64,000 nucleotides of DNA, taken from Patescibacteria group bacterium. GTDB taxonomy: Bacteria > Patescibacteriota > Minisyncoccia > Moranbacterales > UBA2206. The stretch spans positions 13,508 through 77,507 of the forward strand of contig JAKLFF010000003.1 of NCBI GenBank assembly GCA_022711335.1. The letters run 5' to 3'. Shown piece by piece: positions 46,463-56,162 of this stretch. The notes beneath the pieces were generated by a model. The model was not told the DNA's origin. It was given only the letters and a program-made list of their open reading frames with translations, and did no database searches. A program made the translations under genes and the position numbers. Every line of letters begins with the position of its first letter. The first letter of the stretch is position 1.

Positions 46463-46864
46463 TTACCATACCTCGCAAACGTATTCCCCGCCTAACCCTT
46501 GCTTTTTAGCTTCATAATCAGCCATAAGTCCCTTGGATGTCGAAATTATCGCTATTCCATACTTATTTCTTACACTTTTAATATCCTTGTTTTTGATGTA
46601 TATCCGCTGTCCTCCTCTGCTTATCTTCTTTATTCCTTTTATGGCAGGATCTTTCTGCATTCCGGAAACAGAAAAATATTTTAGAGCTATCTTTATTTTT
46701 TCTGCGTTTTCTGTTTTTTCTTTTGCAGCGTCTTCAACAAAACCTTCCTTTTTGAGAATTTCTGCCAAAGCCATCTTCAATTTAGAAGCTGGGATTTCCA
46801 CTTCCTTGTGCCCGGCTAGCTGGGCGTTTTTTATTTTGGCAAGCATATTGGCAATTGTGTCCAT
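46463..46864 (-). CDS. rpsH: ribosomal protein S8
   Basis: MDTIANMLAKIKNAQ start. Confidence 0.9.
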   Translation of the reverse strand: MDTIANMLAKIKNAQLAGHKEVEIPASKLKMALAEILKKEGFVEDAAKEKTENAEKIKIALKYFSVSGMQKDPAIKGIKKISRGGQRIYIKNKDIKSVRNKYGIAIISTSKGLMADYEAKKQGLGGEYVCEVW

Positions 46865-46890
46865 ATTTTGTGATTTTAATAAATTCTTCT

Positions 46891-47076
46891 TTACCAGGAA
46901 GATTTTTTGACTCCCGTAATTTGTCCTGTATCGGCCAATTCTCGAAAACAAATCCTGCAAATGTCAAAAGCCCTTAGATATCCATGCTTTCTTCCGCATC
47001 TCCAGCATCTTCTCACGATTCTGGTCGAAAATTTCGGTTTTTTTTGGGCTCTTGCCTCTACTGATTTTTTGGCCAT
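46891..47076 (-). CDS. rpsN: ribosomal protein S14 type Z (Zn)
   Basis: 61 aa, CWRCGRK..CRIC. Confidence 0.9.
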   Translation of the reverse strand: MAKKSVEARAQKKPKFSTRIVRRCWRCGRKHGYLRAFDICRICFRELADTGQITGVKKSSW

Positions 47077-47088
47077 ATTTATTCTAAA

Positions 47089-47643
47089 TTAATTTATTAT
47101 TTCTTTATTCTCTATGGGAAATCCTAGCAATCTGAATAACGCCATTCCTTTTTCCTTGTTTTTGGCATCCGTAACGATATTTACCTGAAAACTGAATATA
47201 TTTTTCACTTGCTCCGGCATGATCTGGGGAAAAATCAAATGTTCTTTTATGCCGATATTGAGATTGCCGCTTTCATCCACTGATGTTTCCTTTATGCCTT
47301 GAAAATCGCGGATTCTGGGTATGGCTGCACCAACTAAAATTTCCAGAAAATCCCACATTCTCCGACCCCGCAGGCTCACTGCTGCGCCGACTTCCAGCCC
47401 TTCCCTCGTTTTAAACCCAGCAATTGATTTTTTCGACTTGGTCATAACTGGCTTCTGGCCGGTAATTAAAGTTATTGAATCAACGATTTCTTTCACCTGA
47501 TTGGAATCTTTCAAAAATTTTCCTATTCCGATATTAACCACGACTTTGGATATTTTGGGAACTTCAAAATCATTCTTGAACCCAAAATCGGCTTTCATTT
47601 TTGAAATCACTTCTTTATTATATTTTTGGCGAATGTTTGTCAT
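47089..47643 (-). CDS. rplE: ribosomal protein L5
   Basis: L5 pattern. Confidence 0.9.
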   Translation of the reverse strand: MTNIRQKYNKEVISKMKADFGFKNDFEVPKISKVVVNIGIGKFLKDSNQVKEIVDSITLITGQKPVMTKSKKSIAGFKTREGLEVGAAVSLRGRRMWDFLEILVGAAIPRIRDFQGIKETSVDESGNLNIGIKEHLIFPQIMPEQVKNIFSFQVNIVTDAKNKEKGMALFRLLGFPIENKEIIN

Positions 47644-47667
47644 AATTATTTTCAGCTAAGTTTTTTC

Positions 47668-47973
47668 CTAAATCTCTGCCTTGCATTTTTTGCACAGCCG
47701 GATCTTTTTATCTCCGCTTTTTCCATATTCCACTCTCGATGTTTTTCCGCATTTAGAGCATACCAGCATAAGATTTGAAACGTCTACGGCTCTGGGTATT
47801 TCCACTCTCTGTCCCTTTTCCCCTTCTTTTCTCGGTCTTTTGTGTTTTTTCACCAAATTCAATCCATCTATTACCGCTCTCTTTTTTTCAAAAATAACGC
47901 GCAAAACTTTTCCGGTCTTGCCTTTGTCCTTTCCAGCAATCATTTTTACCAAATCGCCTTTTTTAACTTTCAT
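47668..47973 (-). CDS. rplX: ribosomal protein L24
   Basis: KOW motif. Confidence 0.9.
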   Translation of the reverse strand: MKVKKGDLVKMIAGKDKGKTGKVLRVIFEKKRAVIDGLNLVKKHKRPRKEGEKGQRVEIPRAVDVSNLMLVCSKCGKTSRVEYGKSGDKKIRLCKKCKAEI

Positions 47974-47978
47974 ATGAT

Positions 47979-48344
47979 TTATAGCACCTCTGGAGCCAAT
48001 GAAATTATTTTATTATATCCTTTATCCCTTATCTCTCTTGCAATCGGCCCGAAAATTCTGGTCCCTTTCGGTTCTTTTCCTTCGACAATAACCGCCGCAT
48101 TTTCATCAAATCTTATGTAAGATCCGTCGTTTCTTCTAAATTCTTTTCTTTGTCTGACTATAACAGCCCTGACTTTATCTCCTTTCTTGACTGTTCCCCG
48201 GGGTTCAGAAATCTTTACCGACGCTACCACGATATCTCCTATTCTTGCATACCGCCTTCTGGTTCCGCCAAGAACCTTGAAACACTGGATCATTCTTGCT
48301 CCAGTATTATCAGCTACTTTCAATTTTGTCTGTGCTTGTATCAT
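47979..48344 (-). CDS. rplN: ribosomal protein L14
   Basis: [16 protein letters not shown]. Confidence 0.95.
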   Translation of the reverse strand: MIQAQTKLKVADNTGARMIQCFKVLGGTRRRYARIGDIVVASVKISEPRGTVKKGDKVRAVIVRQRKEFRRNDGSYIRFDENAAVIVEGKEPKGTRIFGPIAREIRDKGYNKIISLAPEVL

Positions 48345-48363
48345 ATTCGTGAATCCTTAATAG

Positions 48364-48603
48364 CTAAACTGCTTTATAAAATTTCCCTTTGCTTATCGGT
48401 TTTGCCGCGACAAATTCAATTTTATCGCCGACCTTAAGCTTATTTTCCTCATCATGAACCTTATATCTTTTTGTTGAGATATATCTTTTCCGATATTTCT
48501 TATGAGCCATTAAATTATCCACTGCGACAATGACAGTTTTGTTCATTTTGTCACTGACTACAATGCCTTTTTTTCTGGCTATTTTTTTATCATTACTTTC
48601 CAT
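48364..48603 (-). CDS. rpsQ: ribosomal protein S17
   Basis: S17 pattern. Confidence 0.9.
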   Translation of the reverse strand: MESNDKKIARKKGIVVSDKMNKTVIVAVDNLMAHKKYRKRYISTKRYKVHDEENKLKVGDKIEFVAAKPISKGKFYKAV

Positions 48604-48790
48604 TTTCTTTTTCTTCTTTGATTATATTTAATATCCTGCTGATATCTTTTTTTTCCTTTCTGATCTGCCTGTTGTCCTTTACCTGTTTTGTAGCAATATC
48701 GAATCTAAGCTTTCTTAAATTTTCTCTTTTTTCAGCTAAAAGTTTCCCGAGCTCTTCAATATTTTTGTCCCTTAATTCTTTCGCCTTCAT
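48593..48790 (-). CDS. rpmC: ribosomal protein L29
   Basis: L29 pattern. Confidence 0.85.
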   Translation of the reverse strand: MKAKELRDKNIEELGKLLAEKRENLRKLRFDIATKQVKDNRQIRKEKKDISRILNIIKEEKENGK

Positions 48791-48818
48791 AGTTTTTTAT
48801 CATTAATCAAAATAATGG

Positions 48819-49235
48819 CTATTCTTCGTTCTTAACGACAAACCTGGTTTTCAATCCCAGCTTGTGGGACGCCAAGCGCATAGCTTCTTGGGCAATTTCT
48901 TTTTTTACCCCGTCCATTTCAAACATTACTCTGCCTGCTTTTACTACCGCGACAAAATGATCGACGCTTCCTTTACCTTTACCCATTGGGGTTTCATCGC
49001 CCTTTTTGGTCATTGGTTTATCTGGAAATATTCTTATCCATATTTTTCCGCCTCTTTGGATGTATCTAGTCATAGCGCGCCTTGCTGCTTCTATTTGCCG
49101 AGCCGAAACCAGGCTGGAACCCGTAGCCTTGAGGCCATAGCTTCCAAAGCTAACGGCATTGCCGCGATTAGCTGTCCCGTGAATGCGTCCGCCTCTTTGG
49201 ACTTTTCTGTGTTTTACTTTTTTCGGCATCAACAT
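48819..49235 (-). CDS. rplP: ribosomal protein L16
   Basis: L16 pattern. Confidence 0.95.
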   Translation of the reverse strand: MLMPKKVKHRKVQRGGRIHGTANRGNAVSFGSYGLKATGSSLVSARQIEAARRAMTRYIQRGGKIWIRIFPDKPMTKKGDETPMGKGKGSVDHFVAVVKAGRVMFEMDGVKKEIAQEAMRLASHKLGLKTRFVVKNEE

Positions 49236-49318
49236 ATTTGCAAATTCTTTGTGAATTTAGACGAATGCTTACAAATAGATTTGTAATTTTATTCGCTTTC
49301 GTTCGCAATCATTTTTAG
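49236..49318. repeat. Family H element (TTCGCAA/TTGCGAA, GCGAAT..ATTCGC palindromes) in the r-protein intergenic region
   Basis: Related copies at 53463-53638 and 55235-55380. Confidence 0.45.
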
Positions 49319-49966
49319 CTACTTATCAAATACTTCCCCTTTATAGAGCCAAACCTTCACTCCGATTGTTCCATAGGTGGTATAAGCTGTCGCCCGGGCA
49401 AAATCTATATTGGCTCTCAAGGTATGCAGTGGCAATGTTCCTTTGGACAGCCACTCTCTTCTAGACATTTCTGCTCCTCCTAATCTTCCGCACATTTCCA
49501 CTTTTACTCCTTTTATAAGATTGTTCTTTATCGCCTGGTCCAGCATTGATTTCATGATCCTTCGAAAAGGCATTCTTTTTTCTATTTGGTCAGCAGCATT
49601 TTGAGCTAAAACCTGAGCGCTTTCTTCAAAATTCCTGATTTCCTGGACATCTATGCTCAGGGGAGCTTTTTTATCATTTTTGAAAAAATTTTTCTGAATA
49701 TGTCTTTTTATATCCTCTATTCCGCTCCCTCCGCGCCCTATAATAACTCCCGGACGGGCGGTTTTTATGATAATTTTCACCGTAGCTTGCGACCTTTCAA
49801 TCTCAACTTCGGAAATAGCGGCATTTTTCCACTTTTTCATGATATCCTTCCGAATCTCCACATCTTTTCTCAAATTATCCTTGTATTCTTTTTTGCTAAA
49901 CCATTTGGACTTCCAGTTTTGGTTGATTCCCATCCGAAGTCCGACCGGATTTACTTTGTGTCCCAT
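49319..49966 (-). CDS. rpsC: ribosomal protein S3
   Basis: KH domain and S3 C-terminus. Confidence 0.95.
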   Translation of the reverse strand: MGHKVNPVGLRMGINQNWKSKWFSKKEYKDNLRKDVEIRKDIMKKWKNAAISEVEIERSQATVKIIIKTARPGVIIGRGGSGIEDIKRHIQKNFFKNDKKAPLSIDVQEIRNFEESAQVLAQNAADQIEKRMPFRRIMKSMLDQAIKNNLIKGVKVEMCGRLGGAEMSRREWLSKGTLPLHTLRANIDFARATAYTTYGTIGVKVWLYKGEVFDK

Positions 49967-49969
49967 GCT

Positions 49970-50024
49970 AGTTCATATCGCATGTATCATATATATGTTA
50001 TATGTTTTATGCTATATGTTATAT
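49970..50024. repeat. Family A element between rplV and rpsC
   Basis: ATGTTATATG units. Abuts the rpsC ATG and the rplV stop. Confidence 0.6.
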
Positions 50025-50027
50025 AAA

Positions 50028-50582
50028 TTACATCGATTTCCTTCTAAATATCTTGCTTGTCCAATTCTTTTTTCCTTCTTTTTTTATTTCTTCCCCTTTT
50101 ATCTCCTTATCAAACGCCGGCTTCTTTTTTTCCTCTTTCTCTTTCTTATCTTTTTCTTCTGTCTTTTCCTTTTCCTCTTTTTTTCTGGCTTCTGCTCTTT
50201 GTTTTCTTTCTTTCTCCATTTGTTCTTTAGTTTTTCTGCCTTTTCCTTCAATTCTTTCTTCTAAAACAATCGTTATTTTTGAGGTTCTTTTCAAAATCAT
50301 AGATGCTCGTCCGTAAGCTCTTGGCATCCATCTCTTATAGCTGGGCCCTGCTTCAACAATCGCGTCAAAAACATACAAATTGTCCTTATCAAGTCCAAAA
50401 TTATTTTCTGCATTGGAAACAGCGCTTTCGAGAAGCTTCTTAACATGAGGGTTGGATCTCTTAACAACAGCGTCCAGCTGCCTGGCCGCATCAGCAACAT
50501 CAAGATTCTTTATCAAATCAGCAACCAGCCTCGATTTTCTAGGAGCTATTCTCAGATTATTCAGTTTTGCGGATACTTTCAT
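50028..50582 (-). CDS. rplV: ribosomal protein L22 with ~70-aa Lys/Glu-rich C-terminal extension
   Basis: L22 core followed by a polypurine tail. Confidence 0.9.
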   Translation of the reverse strand: MKVSAKLNNLRIAPRKSRLVADLIKNLDVADAARQLDAVVKRSNPHVKKLLESAVSNAENNFGLDKDNLYVFDAIVEAGPSYKRWMPRAYGRASMILKRTSKITIVLEERIEGKGRKTKEQMEKERKQRAEARKKEEKEKTEEKDKKEKEEKKKPAFDKEIKGEEIKKEGKKNWTSKIFRRKSM

Positions 50583-50637
50583 GATATTGAGTTCTATTTA
50601 TAAATTACTGACTATCCTCGTTTTTTATTATTTTCAC

Positions 50638-50979
50638 TCATTTTTTTGCTTCTGAACTGGCTTTTTCCGCCTTCGCTGCATCCAATTCTTTCTGCTTCGC
50701 TGCCATTTCCAATTCTTTCTGCATTTTTCCTCCGTGTCGCGTAAATTTCCTGGTTAAAGAAAATTCTCCCAGTCTATATCCAACCATTTCTTCGTTTACA
50801 AAAACCGGAATAAAATCCTTTCCATTATGAACGGCAAAAGTAAATCCAACCATTTCCGGAGAAATTACCGCAGCGCGAGACCACGTCTTGATCGGAGTCC
50901 GATCGCCCGGTTTTTTATCTTTGATTTTCTTTATAAGCCTTTCGTCAACATAAGGCCCTTTTTTTAGACTTCGTGTCAT
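50638..50979 (-). CDS. rpsS: ribosomal protein S19 with short C-terminal extension
   Basis: S19 pattern. Confidence 0.9.
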   Translation of the reverse strand: MTRSLKKGPYVDERLIKKIKDKKPGDRTPIKTWSRAAVISPEMVGFTFAVHNGKDFIPVFVNEEMVGYRLGEFSLTRKFTRHGGKMQKELEMAAKQKELDAAKAEKASSEAKK

Positions 50980-50984
50980 ACTTT

Positions 50985-51815
50985 TTATCTCTTGCTTCTT
51001 CTCTTAATTATAAATTTATTGCTATATTTATATTTTCTTCGAGTTTTCTTGCCAAGCGCCGGTTTTCCCCAAGGAGTTTTTGGATGCTTAAGTCCGATTC
51101 CCTGCCGTCCTTCCCCACCACCATGCGGATGGTCAACCGGGTTCATAGCGCTGCCGCGAACTGTTGGACGGATTCCCATGTGGCGCGATCTTCCAGCTTT
51201 TCCAATGGTTATAGCGTTATTTTCAAAATTGCTTACCTGTCCGACTGTAACATAACATTCGCTGCTGATCAATCTTATTTCCCCTGACGGCATTTTAATC
51301 TGGGCTTTTTCCTTCTCAACCGCCATAAGAACCGCTCCGGAACCAGCGCTTCTGACAATTTGCCCCCCTCGTCCAGGAAACAATTCAACATTGCAAATCA
51401 TAGTTCCTATCGGAATATTCTTTATTTTTGTTCTATTTCCCTCCTTTATCGGAGCTTTTTCTCCGGCTAAAATTTCCTGGCCTGTTTTCATTCCGCAAGT
51501 AGCTAAAACATATCTTTTCTCTCCATCTTTATAGACCACGAGCGCAATGAAAGAACTTCGGTTGGGATCTCTTTCGATAGCTATTATTTTTCCCGGAATC
51601 TCCAACTTATCCTGCAAAAAATCAACCAGCCTGTATCTCTGCTTGTGCCCACCTCCCTGGTGCCGGACAGAAATCTTGCCATGCGATCTTCCGGCTTTTC
51701 TCACCTTTTTGGAAAGCAAAGACTTTTCCGGTTTCTTGTCGGTTACCATATCTGATTTTACAATAGACATGTTTCGCCTGCCTGCCGTATTTCGTTTGTA
51801 GACTTTAATCGCCAT
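50985..51815 (-). CDS. rplB: ribosomal protein L2
   Basis: L2 motifs. Confidence 0.95.
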   Translation of the reverse strand: MAIKVYKRNTAGRRNMSIVKSDMVTDKKPEKSLLSKKVRKAGRSHGKISVRHQGGGHKQRYRLVDFLQDKLEIPGKIIAIERDPNRSSFIALVVYKDGEKRYVLATCGMKTGQEILAGEKAPIKEGNRTKIKNIPIGTMICNVELFPGRGGQIVRSAGSGAVLMAVEKEKAQIKMPSGEIRLISSECYVTVGQVSNFENNAITIGKAGRSRHMGIRPTVRGSAMNPVDHPHGGGEGRQGIGLKHPKTPWGKPALGKKTRRKYKYSNKFIIKRRSKR

Positions 51816-51901
51816 AGCTTTCTTTAATTAATTTCAAATAAGCGGTAAACCCTGTTGTTTATGGGCTGGATTCTTCGCTCCGCTTAGGATGACGTTTTGC
51901 G

Positions 51902-52213
51902 TCATTTTCCCTCAAAAAATTCTATTTTTCCTCCCTCTTTTACCGTTATAATCGCTTTTTTATATCCCGATTTCCATCCAGCAATTCTTCCTCGCATTCT
52001 TTTTTTAGACGGTATGTTGATTATATTTACACTAGCAACATCAACTTTGTATACATCCTCTACGGCCTTCTTGATCTGCTTTTTGTTGGAACGGGAACTG
52101 ACTCTGAATATATATTTATTCAATTCGCCAATTCTCGTCGCTTCTTCAGTGATCCAGGGTTCCATCAGGATCTTATGCGCGATCTGTCCGATTTTATTTA
52201 AATTCTTTGCCAT
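51902..52213 (-). CDS. rplW: ribosomal protein L23
   Basis: L23 pattern. Confidence 0.9.
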   Translation of the reverse strand: MAKNLNKIGQIAHKILMEPWITEEATRIGELNKYIFRVSSRSNKKQIKKAVEDVYKVDVASVNIINIPSKKRMRGRIAGWKSGYKKAIITVKEGGKIEFFEGK

Positions 52214-52214
52214 T

Positions 52215-52850
52215 TTATTCGTCTGCTTTATTATATTTCTTTTCCAGTTCTTTTATGGAATCTTCAGATATCAATAAATATTTATTATTCAGCATATCCA
52301 AAACGTTAAGCTGTTCAACTAAAGAATTTTCACAATTTTTAATATTTCTGCTGGCAATCCTGAAATCTCTTTCTCCGGAGCCAAAAATTGCTAAAGTTTT
52401 GCCTTTTATTTTCAAATTTTCAAAAAACTTGGAAAATTCTTTCGTTTTTTTGCTTTCAATTTTCAGGTTGTCAACTGCATAAATCTCATTTTCTTTCAGT
52501 TTTCCGCTCAAAACTATCGCGATCGCCTTGGCATTCATTTTTTTGTTTATCTTTTTCTTGAAATTTCGTTCTGATCTGGGACCAAATACGATTCCTCCTT
52601 TTTTCCAAATTGGAGTTCTGACCGATCCAACTCTTGCTCTTCCTGTTCCTTTTTGTTTCCAGGGTTTTCTCCCGGACCCTGCCCGTTCCCCTCTGGTTTT
52701 GGTGTGGGCCAAAACTTGCCTTCGGTTGGCCATTATTGAAACTGCTACTTGATGAACCAAATCATTGTTTTTAGAAAGGCCAAAAATCTCTTTGGATATT
52801 TCCATTTTCTTAACTTCTTTTCCTTCTAAATTGTATATGCTTATTTTCAT
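52215..52850 (-). CDS. rplD: ribosomal protein L4
   Basis: L4 pattern. Confidence 0.9.
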   Translation of the reverse strand: MKISIYNLEGKEVKKMEISKEIFGLSKNNDLVHQVAVSIMANRRQVLAHTKTRGERAGSGRKPWKQKGTGRARVGSVRTPIWKKGGIVFGPRSERNFKKKINKKMNAKAIAIVLSGKLKENEIYAVDNLKIESKKTKEFSKFFENLKIKGKTLAIFGSGERDFRIASRNIKNCENSLVEQLNVLDMLNNKYLLISEDSIKELEKKYNKADE

Positions 52851-52859
52851 GAAAATAAA

Positions 52860-53423
52860 TTAAGCCTGTTTGCTTCTTATTTCAACAATTCCGCCCGGAA
52901 TTCCAGGAACAGCTCCTTTGAGCCCCAATATTTTTTTTCCTTTGTCTACATAAACAATTTTTATATTTATAGCAGTTGAACGCTCTCCGCCCATTCTTCC
53001 TGCCATTCTTTTTCCTTTAATGACATGTTCTGGAAATCCAGCGCCAATTGATCCCGGAGCACGGAGATCATGCTTGTGGCCGTGGCTTTTAGGGGATCCC
53101 TTGAACCCATGCCTTTTTACTCCTCCTTGAAAACCTTTGGCTTTGGTTATGCCGCTTACTCTCACTTTTTCTCCTTCTGAAAAAACAGAAACATCGATTT
53201 CATCGCCGCTTTTTAATTCTGTTCCGCCTATTTTGAATTCTTTCTTAAATGTTTTTTTCGCCGTCTTTGGAATTTCCAGCTGCACCGCATCATATCCATC
53301 CTTTTCTTTTGTTTTTATATGGCTCACTTTTGAAAAACATTCAACCAGAGTCACGTTTAGCGCTCCTTCATTTCCATATATCGTAGTCATTCCAATTTTT
53401 TTTCCCAAAATAAACTTATCCAT
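52860..53423 (-). CDS. rplC: ribosomal protein L3
   Basis: L3 pattern. Probable start at MDKFILGKK. Confidence 0.9.
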   Translation of the reverse strand: MDKFILGKKIGMTTIYGNEGALNVTLVECFSKVSHIKTKEKDGYDAVQLEIPKTAKKTFKKEFKIGGTELKSGDEIDVSVFSEGEKVRVSGITKAKGFQGGVKRHGFKGSPKSHGHKHDLRAPGSIGAGFPEHVIKGKRMAGRMGGERSTAINIKIVYVDKGKKILGLKGAVPGIPGGIVEIRSKQA

Positions 53424-53462
53424 AAAATTCAAATAAAAAAACTGACTCCACGCGCCAGTCAA

Positions 53463-53638
53463 AACTCAAAGAGAGCTTGTTTTTCTCTACTGGCTAGTTG
53501 AGTATCCGCAAATAGACACAGACGAGGCGGACTTTAACTAGAATTACAAATTTCTGCGAATTTCAGCGAATGAAGTTATGAATATTTATTTATAACTTCA
53601 TTCGCCTTAATTTGCAACCATTCGCAACTACTACATTA
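53463..53638. repeat. Family H element with a perfect 14-bp hairpin (GCGAATGAAGTTAT / ATAACTTCATTCGC) between rpsJ and rplC
   Basis: Plus TTCTGCGAATTTCAGCGAATG repeats. Confidence 0.5.
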
Positions 53639-53965
53639 TTACATCTTTATTTCTATATCAACACCCGCCGGCAAGCCAAGATTAGTAAGGCTATCAATCG
53701 TTTTCGGAGTTGGATTCAAGATATCTACAAGTCTTTTGTGTATTCTCATTTCATACTGATCCCTGGCATCTTTGTAAACAAAAGTTGACCGGTTAACCGT
53801 AACCTTTCTTATTTCCGTAGGCAAAGGAACGGGCCCAGTAATATCAGCTCCTGACCTCTGGGCCGTTTCAACTATTTGTCTGGCCGACTGATCAATAATC
53901 TTATGGTCGTAGGCTTTGATCTTGATCCTGATTCTTGGTTTTACTTCTTCTTCCTTTTTGAGCAT
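53639..53965 (-). CDS. rpsJ: ribosomal protein S10
   Basis: S10 pattern. Confidence 0.95.
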   Translation of the reverse strand: MLKKEEEVKPRIRIKIKAYDHKIIDQSARQIVETAQRSGADITGPVPLPTEIRKVTVNRSTFVYKDARDQYEMRIHKRLVDILNPTPKTIDSLTNLGLPAGVDIEIKM

Positions 53966-54040
53966 CTGATTTTTTAATGAATATCTTAATTTCTTGCTCT
54001 ATAAAACCCGCCTTGAGCCAAGACAGGTTTTAAGAATAAG

Positions 54041-55234
54041 CTATTTTAATATTTTAGTTACTACTCCCGCGCCTACAGTTCTTCCGCCTTCTCGAATTGC
54101 AAATCTCATTCCTTCCTCCATTGCTACTGGAGCTCCTAATTTTACTGAAAAATTCACTGTATCCCCGGGCATAACCATTTCCGTTCCTTCAGGAAGAATA
54201 ACTTCTCCGGTTACATCTGTAGTTCTAACATAAAACTGCGGCTTGTATCCCTTAAAAAATGGAGTATGTCTTCCACCTTCTTCTTTGGTCAGAATGTAAA
54301 CTTCGCTTTCAAATTCGATGTGCGGAGTGATCGATCCCGGCTTTGCAAGAACCTGGCCTCTTTCCACTTCTTCTTTCTTGGTTCCTCGCAGAAGCACTCC
54401 GGCGTTGTCTCCAGCCTGCCCTTTATCCAGTGATTTATTGAACATTTCAATCCCAGTAACGGTTGTTTTTTGAGTAGGATTAAGACCGACAATCTCTACT
54501 TCTTCATTAATGTTAACGATTCCTCTTTCAATTCTTCCGGTAACCACCGTTCCTCTTCCTTCTATTGAAAAGATGTCTTCAATCGGCATAAGGAACGGCT
54601 TGTCCACTTCGCGAACCGGTTCGGGAATTTTTTCATCCAAAGCGGAAATCAAATCAAAAATTGGCTTGGCATCTGCATCATCGGCATTCTTAGAATTAAG
54701 CGCCTTAAGAGCCGAGCCCCGAATGACTTTTGCGTTATCGCCGTCAAAATTATATTTGGTCAAAAGTTCTCGAACTTCCGCCTCAACCAAGTCAACCAAT
54801 TCAGGATCATCAACCATATCAACTTTGTTTAGGAATACGACGATTTCGGGAACTCCCACTTGATAAGCTAAAAGGATATGTTCTCGAGTTTGGGGCATAG
54901 GACCATCAGTAGCAGCGACAACCAAGACAGATCCATCCATTTGAGCTGCCCCAGTGATCATGTTTTTGATGTAATCAGCATGGCCTGGGCAGTCCACATG
55001 GGCGTAATGGCGTTTTTCAGATTCATATTCACAATGTGCCGTAGCGATAGTGATTCCCCGTTCTCGCTCTTCCGGCGCTTTGTCAATTTCGTCAACGCCC
55101 TTCTCTTTGGCCTGGCCTTTAAAAGCCAAGACATGCAAAATCGCCGCTGTAAGAGTGGTTTTTCCATGATCAACATGGCCGATTGTGCCGACATTGACAT
55201 GAGGTTTAGTTCGTTCAAATTTTTCCGCTGCCAT
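54041..55234 (-). CDS. tuf: elongation factor Tu
   Basis: [19 protein letters not shown] motifs. Confidence 0.98.
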   Translation of the reverse strand: MAAEKFERTKPHVNVGTIGHVDHGKTTLTAAILHVLAFKGQAKEKGVDEIDKAPEERERGITIATAHCEYESEKRHYAHVDCPGHADYIKNMITGAAQMDGSVLVVAATDGPMPQTREHILLAYQVGVPEIVVFLNKVDMVDDPELVDLVEAEVRELLTKYNFDGDNAKVIRGSALKALNSKNADDADAKPIFDLISALDEKIPEPVREVDKPFLMPIEDIFSIEGRGTVVTGRIERGIVNINEEVEIVGLNPTQKTTVTGIEMFNKSLDKGQAGDNAGVLLRGTKKEEVERGQVLAKPGSITPHIEFESEVYILTKEEGGRHTPFFKGYKPQFYVRTTDVTGEVILPEGTEMVMPGDTVNFSVKLGAPVAMEEGMRFAIREGGRTVGAGVVTKILK

Positions 55235-55380
55235 AGTTTTGAATAATTTTGACGCAAATTCTGCAAATTATGTCCGTAAAACGCAACACTAATTCGCAAT
55301 AAATTTACGAATTTTTATTATTAAATTTTATTATATAGCTCGGGTTCAGTTTACAATAAATATCTGAATTTGGCAAGCAC
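55235..55380. repeat. Family H element (CGCAAATTCTGCAAATTA ... CGCAACACTAATTCGCAATAAATTTACGAATTT)
   Basis: TTCGCAA/TTGCGAA motifs. Confidence 0.4.
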
Positions 55381-55659
55381 CTAGGCTTTTTCATATCTGA
55401 TTTCCTCATTTTCCTTGATATCGGATATTTCTCCCAGTTCCAGATTTTCTATTTTTTTCTCTTCCTGGACAAACTTCCAGCTGGCGATATCGTTGTTTAT
55501 CTTATCAACCAATTCTTGCTTTGTCAAGCCTTCAACGCTTGTCTTTTGGAGTTTTCTGAACTCCCGAAGAGTTAGAAGCACATAATACTGGTCTTGATCC
55601 TTCAAAACCGCCTTCCCTCCAATAAGTTCCAGCGCTTCTTTGAGTTTCTTATCCAACAT
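55381..55659 (-). CDS. Phd/YefM-like antitoxin-family small protein (uncertain)
   Basis: 92 aa. Pattern KAVLKDQDQYYVLLTLREFRKL resembles the antitoxin fold. Inserted between tuf and fusA. Confidence 0.35.
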   Translation of the reverse strand: MLDKKLKEALELIGGKAVLKDQDQYYVLLTLREFRKLQKTSVEGLTKQELVDKINNDIASWKFVQEEKKIENLELGEISDIKENEEIRYEKA

Positions 55660-55814
55660 GATCTTAGAGTTAATTTATCCTTTATTACGCAAAGAAATAG
55701 TAGCTTAATAAATATTTTGTGTCAATAGAAAATAAAAAGTTCCCACTTTCATTCCTGCATGCGCAGGTTTGAAAACGGAAACTTATCAACAAGATAGAAG
55801 GCTAGGCTTCTTCG

Positions 55815-56135
55815 TTAAAATTTATATCCGGGTGTAAGCCGAAGAATGTCCAAAACTCGATAGTAACTGACAGGCGGTTTGAGTTTGGGTTCCTCTCCCT
55901 CCTTTAGCCAGCGAAAATATTCTTGCTCTCCTCTGAGACTACCCAAGGCCAGAAATAAAATTTCCAGTAAATCGCCGTTCTCTCCTTTTCTGATTTGCTC
56001 GTAACCCTTATAAAGTTCCATCCCGAAGAAAACTCCTTCCGAAGTAACAATTGTCATGGGAATAGGAGACATATCGCCTGTACATTGAACATAAACGACG
56101 CTTCCAATTGTGCTTCCATAACAATAACAATCCAT
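55815..56135 (-). CDS. hypothetical 106-aa protein
   Basis: ORF between fusA and the YefM-like gene. Confidence 0.35.
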   Translation of the reverse strand: MDCYCYGSTIGSVVYVQCTGDMSPIPMTIVTSEGVFFGMELYKGYEQIRKGENGDLLEILFLALGSLRGEQEYFRWLKEGEEPKLKPPVSYYRVLDILRLTPGYKF

Positions 56136-56162
56136 GGCTAGCTCCTTCTTTTTTTCAAATAG

